A DNA stretch of 64,000 nt from contig NC_057719.1 in assembly GCF_004010195.1 (NCBI RefSeq), positions 1,940,749 through 2,004,748 on the forward strand, in the 5' to 3' direction. Source of the DNA: Chiloscyllium plagiosum. Taxonomy: Eukaryota. The notes under the pieces are model-generated. The model worked only from the letters and a program-made list of their open reading frames with translations, was not told the origin of the DNA and ran no database searches. Shown here piece after piece: positions 1 to 12,354 of this stretch. Made by a program: the position numbers and the translations under genes. How positions within the stretch are numbered: the first letter of the stretch is position 1; each line of letters begins with the position of its first letter.

Positions 1-2449
1 TTATTATTCCACCCGTCTCATCCTCATCTCTCCCCCCGACCCTTTACTATCCCACTCAGTCTAAGCCCCCTCTCTGTCTGAGTCCATTAATATTCCACCT
101 TATTTAATCCCACTCTCCCCCTCTCTCGCTGCACGCAGTAACTACCCCACCCAGTCTCATCCCACTCGCCCTGTTCCCTTTACTATCCCATCCAGTTTAA
201 CTCTCCCTGTTGGTTCGTTAATGCTTTTATTGTTGTGTTTTAATGTAACTCGCAAATTAGCTTTGTGGATGAAACTTATAGGCACTGAACGTTCTAACCC
301 GCCATCTGTGTAAAGAGATTATTTTCTTTCTTTTCTTTGTTCACAGGATGTGGCTATAATTGGCTGGGCGGACTTTTATTGCCCATCCCTATTTGTCCTT
401 GAGATGATGGGTGAGCTCCCTTCTTAAACCGCTGCAATTGTTGAAGGCCGCTCTTTAAACCTTTGTAGATAAGCTCCCTGGACGAGTTCCCGGAGTGTGC
501 CGAGGATATTTACTTGGCAGCTTGAATACCCGCATGGACTGTACCCCAGTGGGCAGCCGTGCAGGGTGTTGTCATGGGTAAACAGAAGGGGAGAGGCTGG
601 AGTTCAGCACTCTGCCCTGAGGCTGCAATCATTTCAGATTGGCAGACATTCCAGCGCATGTGGTTCTGTTTGTGCTCGTGCGAGTGCATTTTTCTTTCAA
701 AAAGACAAAGGGGGAAGAGCTCCTAAAAATAAAATCATTCATTGTGTGTGTGACAGTGAACATGTAGCAGCCTGTCCAGGCAACTGTTTATATGTGCAGT
801 TTGCCAAGGTAACTGGCTTGGCTCTGGTGAGGCTGAATTATTCCTATAAGAGACCAGGTGTTGCCTCCATGACTGAGGAGCTCTGATTGTATGCTTTTTA
901 ACTCAGCCCCAGCTTCCGCACAGCCCTTCAAGAACAATCCAAACAAACTGCTTTGAACACTTATTCCCATCTCACCACATTGATCTGTGCTCTGAACCAA
1001 GAGGGATGAAAAGTTTGTTACCTTCTAATGCAGTGCATGTAGCCACTACCTCCACCTGGCTGAGGCTGAGACTTGGCATGTTTTTAAAAAAGCTTGCATC
1101 TTTATAGCGCTTTTCCTGACCTCCACTGTGGCTCCCAGAGCAGCTAAAGTACTTTTGAAGTGTAGATATTATTGTAGTGAGGAGACATGACAAAGCTCTC
1201 CAAGGGGCGATGTGATCAGAAGCAGGTAATCTGTTGGCTGACAGAAGTCAGGCGATGGGCACTGCGGAGAGATCCCCTTCACAACTTTGGTAAGATCATG
1301 ACTGTGTCTAAATAAAGGCTGTGCCCCCCCCCCCCCGCCACCTTCGTCTCCTGCCTCTGTTCCCCCCTGACCCCCTACCCCTCATTCCCGTCCTCAATCC
1401 TCTCCCCCTCATCCACTTACCCTTCTCCCCCTAAAACCCCTATCCCCCTCACGCCTGTCACTCCCCATCACCATCCTATTCTTCCCTTCTGACACCCACC
1501 CAGCCCCTCCTTCTGACCCATTCCCCAACCACTCCCCTTCAGCCCCATCCTTCCTCCTCACTCCCCANNNNNNNNNNNNNNNNNNNNNNNNNNNNNNNNN
1601 NNNNNNNNNNNNNNNNNNNNNNNNNNNNNNNNNNNNNNNNNCCAGCCTACACCCCATTCCCCGTCTCTGTGCTGTCCCCCACTACCTCCGACACTTGCTC
1701 CCCTCACTGACCCTGTTCCCCCTTCCCTCACTGGCCCCTCTCTTGTTCCTCTCCCGGTCTCTCGCCCAGCCCATGCTAGTCTCTCTTGCTTTCCCTGCTC
1801 TTATCACTCACTGTTTGTGTCTGTCTCACCTGGCACCCGTGCCTGTCTCTGACACTACCTGCCTCTAGCTGTGCCTCTCTCCAGCCTGTCTTGCCTCGAA
1901 TACGTATTTGGTGTGTGTGTGTGTGTCTTTCTCACCCCATCCCCTGTCACCCCACCTCCTTATGAGCAATGTCTCTGCCCACCTGTGTGTGCTGTTCTCT
2001 TATTACAAGAACATTTCTGTCTGACTGCCCCCCCCACCTTTCTTTACTTGCAGGCTTGTGTCCAATTATCTGGCAAGGTTTGCACTTCCTGCCTTTATAA
2101 ATGTTCACAATTGTTCCCTCTGCACTGTTAACGGTCACAACTGAAATCTGATTTCGAGCAAGGTCAGCGATTTAAAAAAAACGTGTCCCTCATTTATCTC
2201 AGCGCACTGCCTGCAGAATAGAAAGTGTCAGAATCTAATACAGCAGGGGGCACACTACAATCAGTAAAGCTAAAGTCAACTACAGTGCCTGTTACTTGCT
2301 TCTGTTTGAGGGTGTGTTGCAGATTGTGTCTTTGCTTCTTTGGCACACAACCACACACAAATGATGATGGAGAGATACTTTCCCTCCACAAAGAATCTTT
2401 GCTCACCCATTATGAATGATCATGCCCCCTCGTCGCCTTAAGGCCATTG

Positions 2450-3420
2450 TCCAAGTAAAGTGAGGTACATACAAACAAGGAGTAGGCCACTCAGCCCATT
2501 GAGCTCGCTCCACCATTCACTAAGATCATGGCTGATCTGGATTTTAACTTGGCTCTACATTCCTGCACAATCCCTGACAATCTTCCAACTCCCATTGGTA
2601 ATCAGGAATCTATCTCCTTCTGCCTTAAAAATATTTAAAGGTTCTTCATCCACTGCCTTTTGAGGAAGGGAATTCCAAAAAAACTCAACCTTAAGATGAA
2701 AAAAAAGGTTCCAAATTGTAAATGGGCACCTTCTTATTTTTAAACTATAACCCTCTGGTTCTAGATTTTTCCACAAGAGGAAGCATCCTTTATACCTCCA
2801 CCAAGTCAAGTCATAGAGATATACAGCATGGAAACAGACCCTTCGGTCCAACCCGTCCATGCCGACCAGATATCCCAACCCAATCTAGTCCCACCTGCCA
2901 GCACCCGGCCCATATCCCTCCAAACCCTTCCTATTCANNNNNNNNNNNNNNNNNNATTTTGTAAACCTCTATAAGGTCACCCCTCAGCCTCCGACGCTCC
3001 AGGGAAAACAGCCCCAGCCTGTTCAGCCTCTCCCTGTAGCTCAAATCCTCCAACCCTGAAACATCCTTGTAAATCTTTTCTGAACCCTTTCAAGTTTCAC
3101 AACATCTTTCCAATAGGAAGGAGCTTACATGTTTCAATTAAATCACCTCTGCTTCTTCTAAACTCCAGATGAAATAGGCCAAGCCTGTCCAGCTTTTCCT
3201 ACTAAGGTAATCCACGCATTTTGGGTATTGTTTAGTGAAGCTTCTCTGAACTGCTTCCACTGCATTAACACCCTTCTGTCAGCACTGTACATGCTACTCC
3301 AGATGTGGTCTCACCAATGGCCCGTATAACCGAAGGATGACCTCCCTATCTTTCAATCAGTTCCTCTCATAATAAACTATAATATTCTATGACCTTTCCT
3401 GATTGCTTGCTGTCAGAAAC
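2450..3420 (-). mobile_element. Nested degenerate CR1 3' fragments; other CR1 fragments at ~13780-15000 (+), 21550-22160 (-), 23737-24020 (-), 27740-28345 (+), 31720-32240 (+), 35670-36160 (-), 38190-38940 (+), 39853-40085 (-), 42130-43130 (+), 49905-50325 (+), 53390-53915 (-), 59430-59715 (-)
   Basis: Recurrent CR1 C-terminal and 3'UTR motifs (RRLRGDL.EVYK, FF.QRVV..WN.LP..VVEA, gggccgaagggcctgtttcc tail). Boundaries are approximate. Confidence 0.75.
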
Positions 3421-4784
3421 AGAGCTTCAAGCAGCTGCCCCAGAACAGGGCACATTGTTTTAGCTGGCGTGGCCATGTAAAAGAATTCCATTAAGAGAGC
3501 ACCTCGTGTGTGGGAACTTCCTAAACACTTCACGTGTGGTGCGTTACTCCAGAATACACAGGTTGCTGTGGAGACAAATCTGGCTCAAAGGAACAATGAG
3601 ATGAACAGACTGAGTACATCCTGAGGGATTGCTAATTGGGAAAGGAATGTTGGCCAGGATTCTCAGAGAGTTTCCGACTCCCCTTCTGGAGAATCTGTTG
3701 GCCAGACTTTAAGCCAAGGTCGCGCATTCTGGTTGAACGCATCCCTGCATCTGTTATTACATGGATTTCTTTTTTCAACACCCCTAAACATGTTTATTTT
3801 CCTGCACCTCACATTCCCACTACAGTTGAGAAACAGAATCTTTGTCCCCCAGTCAGATGATTCTGAGTTCCAGTATTTTTATTTGATCAATCAGTATTAA
3901 GTGAAAAGCAGCAAGATGGGTTTTTTCAGAAATCATGATTTCATAATTCCACATTCTTTATTGAGTTCAAATTCCACCATTTGCCATATCCAGAACATTA
4001 CCTGAGTTTCTGGATTAATAGTCTACAATAATACGAGTAGGCCATCGCCTCCCCATGGTGTGAATCATCCCTGCAGCCATATTCCAATGGTATGGGAGTA
4101 ATAGCTTGGGCAAAGCTTCTTTATGACTGGTGTGACACCTTTGCAGGTTTCCAGTTTACCTAGTTAGTTACAAATTAATACAGCAGTTTGCCTAGTTAGC
4201 TGTGAGTTAATATAACACGGGCTACTCTCTCCATGTTTTATTAAATATCTGCAAGCAAATACATTGAGTAAACATCCCAAATTTTCTGTCAATCACTTTG
4301 GTAATGAGAATGTAAATCTTATCTGGACAAGAAGGACTTTTATAGGTCGCTCAATCTTTGATTGGTGTGATTCCATGAAACTTAAACCGTATGCAGTATC
4401 AAGAGTTCATCTCTCGAACTGCAGAAGTCTCCTTTTTGAGAGGATTATTTGAGCATACTGGCAAACATGCTCATGTTCCACCCAGCCCCCCAACCCTCCC
4501 TTTCTCTCTTCTTCCTCCCCATCACCATGACATCTGTAATTCGGATTATATATCCTGATGCAGATATAGGTGTCTTGCGGAAGCAGCTAACTTCCTCATG
4601 GCTCTTCATGGTGTGAGGTGACAGAAGATTGAAGCCCATTATTATAAATTGCTGACAACACGCAGATTTCACTGATCCTAGTTGAGGGAAATCTCCCTGG
4701 AGTTGGTTTGATTTTCCTTCTTCACTGAAGTTGCCAGTCAGTACAGAGCAGGATCAAACCTGGACCTTTGCTCAGTCCCAAAGG

Positions 4785-5355
4785 TGTCATTGTGTCTCAG
4801 TCAGTCTTGCCTCTGAATCGGAAGGTTATAGACTCAACTTCCACAACAGACACCTGAGCACAACAGCTTGAGGTACTGTCTTTACATTAAACTGAGACCC
4901 TATCTGCCCTCTCAGCTGGATGTAAACAAATTCCTGATGAAGGGCTTTTGCCCGAAAAGTGGACTCTCCTGCTCCTCGGATGCTGCCTGACCTGCTGTGC
5001 TTTTCCAGCACCACACTCTCGACTCTGATCTCCAGCATCTGCAGTCCTCACTTTCTCCTGGACGTAAACAAACCCATGGCCACTATATCAACGAGGTGCA
5101 GGGGTGTTCTGCCTGCTGCCATTGGCCCATCAATACAATTACAACAACAGCCAAGATGTCTCGGTCATTATTACATTGCTGTTTGTTGGCTGCCCCAATT
5201 TATAGAATCTTTGAATTATACAGTACAGAAGAGGCCCTTCAGTCCATCAAGTCTGTACCAACATTTCAGCATACACACCAGTGGTACACTGTGACTGTAC
5301 AACACTTTGACAACTCCCTGAGGTTCTGTAAGATGCTATAGAGATGCATTCTTTC
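4785..5355 (+). mobile_element. Deu-domain-like SINE (SacSINE1/AmnSINE1-like), degenerate; partial copies at ~1085-1290 (-), 22925-23085, 24250-24380 (-), 39225-39760 (-), 54285-54460, 63320-63485
   Basis: Motifs tctgccctctcag.tggatgtaaa.a.cccatggc, tcattatcacattgctgtttgtggg and gctatataaatgcaag, recalled as Deu-SINE core/tail. Confidence 0.55.
4931..5057 (+). mobile_element. Solo 127-bp Penelope-type pLTR insertion with 15-bp TSD
   Basis: Starts ttcCTGATGA. Flanked by ctggatgtaaacaaa (4916-4930) and ctggacgtaaacaaa (5058-5072). Inserted into a SINE. Confidence 0.85.
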
Positions 5356-7884
5356 TTTGTTTATTACAGTGGATGCTTATTTATTCACCAGGAACAGTAC
5401 AATTTATTAAACTGTTCCTAACCTCAATGGGTTGTTTGTTCATGACTGGATGCTTTGGCACTTCCCTTATGTTGTAAAGTATCTTACTTGTTGAATTGTG
5501 CACCAACCTTGGCTGATCTTAGGGTTAACAAGCCACAGTGCAGCACACAGGGTTACCATTGCGTGATCAGCTTTGCCCTCTGTTAACTGATTTGACCAGT
5601 ACAGGTATGACAGATGGGCCTGAATGTCACTGGGCTTAGAAAAGGAGAAAATAACAAACATTACCTAAACCTGCTGTCTATTGAAGAGAGGATGTGGGTG
5701 AAATGTAAAGCTTTCTGTTGCTGGCTGCCTGTTTAATCTGTATTCAGGTTTAATGGTGGTGCAGGGATGTTTTTGAGACAATTTATTCTTGAGGAGAGTG
5801 GAAGTATTTTCCTTTCAGTGTGTTGCTTACATAATCTCACCTTCAGGTTGGGACATGCAGGAGACAGCAGTTGTATTTCGATCAGTAAAAGCAGGGGTCA
5901 TTCATACTCATTGAACTCTGCTTCCTTCAGAAGGACAACAGTGCACAGATCACATTTCAGGCAGTTATCAGCCACTTTCATGCAATCCAGTTAGATTGAA
6001 TATCTTTCTTTGCTTTCCTTATTTCATTATACATTGTTAATGCATTTATAATCTCTCTTTCATCCACTCTCCCTTTCTGTCTGTGTATCTCTAATCCCTC
6101 AGCTCCTTCTGTCGTTGTCTTTTACCCCACTGCCTCTGTATCCAACCATGCCTATTTGTTTCAGACATCTCAGTCTATCTGTTTCTTGCTGCCTGTGTGA
6201 GTGACTGCAGAGCTGTTCACCAACGGGAGCTCTTACTTTAAGATGAAAATAGCAACAGGTAAGAACGTAGAAACACTCCCCCCCCCCCCCCCACCTCCTC
6301 ACTGGCCTCACGAAACCTTAGCATTCGCAACGTTTTTTTTGATCATATTAGCAAAAGCGGAAGACTTTCAGCCTTCTACAGCCACTCCTCTCTCTTATCA
6401 GTAACTGTACACCCAACAAAGAGATTTGCATTCTGTATAACTCACAGAAGGGCTGCCAACAGCAGCTTGCCTGCAGAGTTAATGGTTATACAGCTTTTTG
6501 GCATTAGGTCAGAAGGCTACTCAGCAAACAGTGAGTGAGTGAGCCAGGGAGGGACAATTCCGGTGAGCACTTGATGCTGTCAGCTTCAGGTGGGATGGAG
6601 AGGTGGCCTGACGCTAACTTTTGGCAGTCAGTATAGAGTTCCCGGTCTCCCACTCCACTGTCGACACAGGCTTTTTATGTGCAGCATTTTTGCTGATTGA
6701 TGGTGGAAGCCAGGCAGCTCCTGAGAGTGGGCTTTCCTTCAGGCACAGCAACACTGTCAGTCACAGATCAGAAAAATGTGGCGTGTGGAATGTATGATGT
6801 GGGTTCAAGGGCAATGATATCAGCTCCAAACCTTCAACATTAATCCTTTTCATATTTCTCACCTCACCTGAACCCAAATAGTTCCAAAATGTAAAACGTG
6901 GATGTCCACCTTATTTATGCACAAAAGCAATAGATGATCATATCATATCACACGTGGTCTACAGCTCAGAAGAGGGCCCTTCAGCCCACCCAGTCTGCGC
7001 TGGACAAGAAGAACTGTTCTCATCCTGTTTTGTAGCTCTTCAGGCAGGATCTGGACTCACCGTCGATTAATGCTTCACCCTGAGTCATTTTCTTGGTGAT
7101 TTTTGTCAGGGGCACTTTGCCTATGTCTTCCACTGCCAGAGCCAGGATGAGGAGACAGCTACCTGGTTTACCTCAGCCAGAGTGGGAATCAAACTTACAC
7201 TGTTCCCAAGTACACACTAAGCACCTAGTGAGCAGCTGCCTTGTTACCTGAAAATAAACCAACAAATGCTGAAGATCACAGGTGGATCAGACAGCATCCA
7301 TGGGGAGAGAGCAAGCTAATGTTTCCAGTCTGAAGGCACCTTTGGTTGCTGGTGGTGGGAATGATGGTAGTGGATTGCGCTACAGGTGGTGTAACAGGGA
7401 GGCAAGTTATTGCTGGACTGTTAATCCAGAGATCCAGATAGTGTTCTGGGGACTCAGGTACAAATCCTGCCATGGCAGAGGGGTTCAATAAATAATATGG
7501 AATTAAGAGTCCTATGATGACTATGAATACATTGACAATTGTTCGAAAAATTCATCCAGTCCATTAATGCCCTTTAGGGAAGGAAACTGTCATCCTTACC
7601 TGGTCTGCCCTATATGTGACTCCAGACCCACAACAATATGGTTGACTCTTAACTGCATTCTGGGCGTTTAGGGGTGGGCAATAAATGCTGGCCTTGTTAA
7701 CAATGCCCTTATCCCTTGAATGAATTTTTAAAAAGGCTCCAAAACCTAATTAGATAAAAATGTTCTCAATCACACTTTATTGTTGCCATTTAAGCATGAA
7801 ATTCATAATGTGTGGAATATTTTTCTTCAGTCTTATAACAAAGTCATTTCCGGAAAGGCTGATATTTATGACTCATACTTAATA

Positions 7885-8185
7885 GAATCATAGACCCCAA
7901 TGGAATCTGCACCAACCCTCACCCAGCCCCCCAACTGATCTATGTAACCCTGCATTTACCCTGGCTACCCCACCGAGCCCCTCAATCCCTGAACACGGTG
8001 GACAATTTAGCATGGCCAATCCACCGCTGTGGACTGTGGGAGGAAACCAGAGCACCTGGTGGAAGCTAGGCAGACTCAGGGAGATCATGCAAACCCCACA
8101 CAGACAGTCACCTGAGAGTGGAATCAAACGCAGGTCTCCGGCACTGTGAGAAAGCAGTGCTAACCACTAAGCCACCGTGCCACCT
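7885..8185 (-). mobile_element. tRNA-derived V-SINE (HE1-like), older copy
   Basis: Reverse complement begins gtggcacggtggcttagtggttagcactgc and carries the V-domain. Confidence 0.8.
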
Positions 8186-9821
8186 CTGAGGAGGTGGTGG
8201 CAATCTTCCTTCTCAAACTGGCGGCCTTTGTTTGTGATCTGACTGGCTCCTGGGCTGTTTTCAAGGGCAGTACCAGCTAACCATAATGGTCTGGGCTCCG
8301 AGCCACATACACGTCCAGATTGGGCAAAGCTGGTAGGTTTCCTTCCCCAAAGGACACTTCTTGAATTTTCAACAACAATAACCAATCATATGAGTAGAGA
8401 GAATTTCAGAGAGCTACCCTCAACCCTGTGCTTCACTTCCATTCTGTGAGGGCTTTTTCTGTCAATATACAATGCTTAAATATGTGAACCATTAAAGGCA
8501 CACTCCTGTTCCAGCTGCTACTTGTAATCCATGCGTCATAGATCCATAAATTGAGGCTGCCTGACATGTATCCCCGTAAGGTAGGAGTTCCAAGACCTTT
8601 TTAAATAAGACACTCACTGCACTCTGCTCGTGCTGCCTGCCTGAGGGTTTGTATTTTACAAGCAATGTGTGGGAAGGATTATAGGTTAATGAGCTAACTG
8701 GAAGACCTGTCCGAAGATGAACTGCTCTTTATAGAGGCTTGCAGCTTCAATAATCATCCCTCCAAGAGGGTAAATAGAATACCCAATAAGCTTTGTTAGA
8801 GGAGTTAGGGCCGGGGTCCAGAATATGAGATTAGGTTTTAAGGAGGTATTGAAATTTAAAGAGACAGAAGATGGCATTAAGGGAGGCAATGATGGGCACA
8901 AGAATCACGATGGCTACTTTTGTCTCCATGATATTACCTGTGTACCTCAGCCCTAATCCTAACCGTATTCCTAACTCTTAATCCATTACTCTAAAATCAA
9001 CATTTCCAATCTCTTCTTGACCAGTTACCCAGTCCACCAGCTAATCCAAAACTGTACTTCTCAAGAGCTACAAGTCCCCATACACTTTCCTGTCCTGAAT
9101 AGATCACAAGTCTCCCAATAATTTCAATTTTAAAAAAATCCCATCGCCTTCATGTTTAAATCTTAACATGACTTTTCCTTATCCTATCTCTTTAAGCTCC
9201 TTCTCCCTCCTTCACAGCTCCTCTGATTCTAGCCTTTTTTCTGTTCGCTTCCTCCCTTTCCCCCTCAGTGGCTGTATATTTTGCCTAACCTCCACATTGT
9301 GTGAAATTCCCTTCCTAAATCTCTGTGCCTCCCTCTTGTACTTTCAGAGGATCTTTAGAAGCCACATCTTTGATCAGCTTTTTGGCCTGGGTCGAATTTT
9401 CTGTCATTGTGCCTTTGTGCACTTTTTGGATTGATTTGAACTTGAGCAGAAATATACAAAGGTTTCTGAACATTATACTTGTAGCAAAACAGGGGGATGG
9501 TTAGCAGGGACCATGGAGGACATAGGAGCTGATATATAGTCATGTAAGGTTACAAAGCCTACTCCTGCTTGTAACACCCATGTACCTAGTAACTCCAAAA
9601 GGGAACTGAGTTCATACTTGAAGGGAGAGCACTTTGTAAAGCTTTGAGGAAAGAGGAGAGGAGTGGGACCAATTGGAGTGCATTCTCAAAGTGCTGAAAT
9701 AGACTCAGTGGTGTGAGATAGAGAGCAGCATTCTCAGCACCAATTTCCGGGAGTGTGGTTAGAGACTGCTTTATCGGATTTCCCAGATTTCAGGATCTGA
9801 CTGCTTTTTCTCTCTTTACAG

Positions 9822-9865
9822 AATGGCACCAGGAAGTACTGGGATTTCATGAAAACACACGACAG
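9822..9865 (+). CDS. NUDT14: NUDT14 coding exon (probable exon 2), NGTRKYWDFMKTHD(S)
   Basis: Polypyrimidine tract + tttacAG acceptor (9820-9821) and AG|gtgac donor. 44 nt, phase 0 to phase 2. Peptide matches recalled vertebrate NUDT14 'NGAQKSWDFMKTHDS'. Confidence 0.93.
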
Positions 9866-10384
9866 GTGACTCTCCCCTGACATTTTGTCGCTATCTCCAG
9901 TTTGTTCTTGTCCACATTCACTAGACCACTTTATCCTAACTGCTGCTGCTTATTTAATGTTTACTTGGAGCTTTCTTTCCTTATTATCCCAACTTTCCTT
10001 AGTTTCCACCCCCTTCTTTCCCATTGGTGCTCAGTCTGTGTGGACCAATTATCCAGTCTGATCTTCAATTCTAGATAGAACTTGGGCAGGTTCGCCCTGT
10101 GAAATAGCAAACCATAAACCCAACCAGTTCACTAATATAAGGAAATGATGATTCCTTGGCTAGACAGATAACAATGGAATCAGGTTAGTTCATTTTAAAA
10201 ATTGCTGTTAGAAGGTGGGCAATGCCAGCAAGACCAGCATTTATTGCCCGTCCCTAGTTGTCCCTTGAGAAGGTGTGGGGGGGGGTGAGCTGCCTTTTTG
10301 AACTGCTGTGGGTTGACTGACAATGCCCTTAGGGAGGGAATTCCAGGATTTTAACCTAGCAACAGTGAAGAAAGGGTAATATAT

Positions 10385-10960
10385 ATTCCAACTCAGGAAT
10401 ATATATTTACCACTAATAGGTTGCTGTGGCCAAGTACAAAGATGTTCTATCTATAACACAAATAGGTAATGTGATATGTGAATTTGAGTGCTGGTATGAT
10501 GCCAAGTATGTCGGGCACACATCCCATTGGTTCACAATAAGCAAGATACTGACTGTACCCAATCAGTCTGCACTTGCAAAACTCTACCCATGTCCAACAT
10601 TCGATGAATTCCACAATTGGACAATATTTGTTAAATAATACTCAGTCATTAAGAATTACACTGACAACTAATTAAAATTAACAAAAAAAAAGAAAGAATT
10701 GTGGATGCTGGAAATCAGAAACAGAAACAGAAATTGCTGGAAAACTCAGCAGGTCTGGCAGCATCTGTGGAGAGAAATCAGAGTTAATATTGTGGGTCAA
10801 ATGAAGCTTCCTCAGAACTGCTTAGGATTGTCAGTCAGGCTGTTAGTATGACACGTGTGCATGTATTGGAAGCTACACAGATTAATACACAGGGCTCTGG
10901 TGCTTTGCAGAGAGCAAGGGCATGTACACACATCGTGACTCAACTCAACAAGATAGGTGA
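10385..10960 (+). mobile_element. Old degenerate Penelope-like GIY-YIG fragment, interrupted by a pLTR-type element at ~10690-10820
   Basis: KDVLSITQIGNVICEFECWYDAKYVGHTS resembles PLE GIY-YIG 'KD.L....SNVVY.F.C.C...YVG.TS'. Confidence 0.6.
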
Positions 10961-12221
10961 CATTTCTCTGTGGTTCGTTTCTCAGGGTAATGCTGTAGAG
11001 TCAATCTGCCTTGTGTAAAATTCAAGCAGAACTTTTAACTGTCAATTAACTGTTAGTTATTATTAACTGATGTATTCTCCTTAACAACATTCTACGAATC
11101 AAGAATCTATTTACAAATCAATCAGCACCACACTCTCATACAATATAAATATTGTTTTCTTTTTACTTTGGTATTTTTTGCGAATTGTCCTGACAAGTGC
11201 AAATGAGAAAAGCTTTGACAATATGTGTCTTTTCTCCCAATACTCAAATTCCTAATTCTCATTACTCTGTCCTCGGGGGCTCTGCCTTCAGAGGCTTGGA
11301 GTAGAACTTCTGGAATTTCCACTGTGCCTCTGTACCTCGCCTTCTTCCATTAAAATGCCCCATTAAACTTGTTCTTGCATGATCGTCTGTCTCAATATGG
11401 TCTTAATTGACTCGGTGTCAGATTTGCTTTGTAGTGTTCCTGTGAATTGGTGTTTCATTAAGTTGATGGTTATATATAAATAGAAAGTTGTTATTGTACA
11501 TATGCACTGCTGCACAGTGGTACCACCAATATGGGTAGAGCGATATTGCCGCCCACTGTGATAGTGGGATAAGTTAAAGGACCCTTGCCCGAATTATTGT
11601 GTATATGAGTGTAAGGAGGTGTTGCAGCTGAGGCAACTTTTTTAAGGATAGGTATGACTGGCCGGTATACTGAATGCCCAGTCTACATTTTTAGCAGTGA
11701 GTCAGGGCTGCAGAATTTAAACATTGCTGACTATTCCCTTTATTCAAGCAGGTCTCTTTTCACAAGCAATAAGTAATAGTCATAGGTTCAGTAACCCCAT
11801 CAAATTAATTTTATCAAAGAGACGGAGAGGGGGGTGCTCATGGGGACATGATGGGGGAGACTAGAATGAAGCTGAGTGTATTGACCTCCCAGTGGGAATG
11901 TTGAATATTCCACAGATCAGTTTCAAGCCCCTATCAAGTTCAGGGGAAGACCAAACAACCCTTTTGAGATGCGGTGAGTGTTTTGTAAATTACTGATCTC
12001 AGAGAAGGACTGACTGTGATCGATGACAGATCCCAGTGCTCCTGTATGTGTGCAAGATGGTGCTGTTGAGGTGTTCAGTTTAAAGTGTGAATCTGAAGAA
12101 GAGGAACACAGCAATTAGGAGCAGGGGTTGGCCATTCAGCCCGTCAAGCTTCCTCCTCATTCAATAAAAGATCGTGGCTGATCTGGTTGTGGTTTCAACT
12201 ATACTTCCTTGTCATCTCCAG

Positions 12222-12352
12222 GTTCCTGATGAAGAGAATATGCTCGAAACATTGAATTCTTCTGCTCCTTAAATTCTGCCAGACCAGCTGTGCTTTACTA
12301 GCACCATACTCTTTGACTCTGATCTCCAGCTCTTACATTACTCACTTTCTCC
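12222..12352 (+). mobile_element. Solo pLTR copy (GGGC family, degenerate); further copies at 12551-12645 (+), 25360-25445 (+), 27330-27422 (-)
   Basis: Share the ctgatgaagggc..gcccgaaac...gctgcctgacctgctgtgcttttccagcaccacactctc consensus. Confidence 0.78.
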
Positions 12353-12354
12353 AA

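Noticed and set aside
497..886. 129-aa ORF and the many other 60-130 aa ORFs in the track
   Set aside because: Consistent with chance ORFs or repeat-derived and low-complexity translations.
6211..6258. Exon-like 48-nt segment (ctgcAG ... CAG|gtaaga) in the first intron
   Set aside because: In the phase-0 NUDT14 frame it contains TGA, and its internal ATG is out of frame with the next exon. No homology. It could only be a cryptic or poison exon, which is unsupported without RNA data.
1..9821. NUDT14 first coding exon
   Set aside because: No segment resembling the N-terminus (recalled ...SPYLRP..LHY.Q) with a phase-0 donor was found; it is probably upstream of the window.
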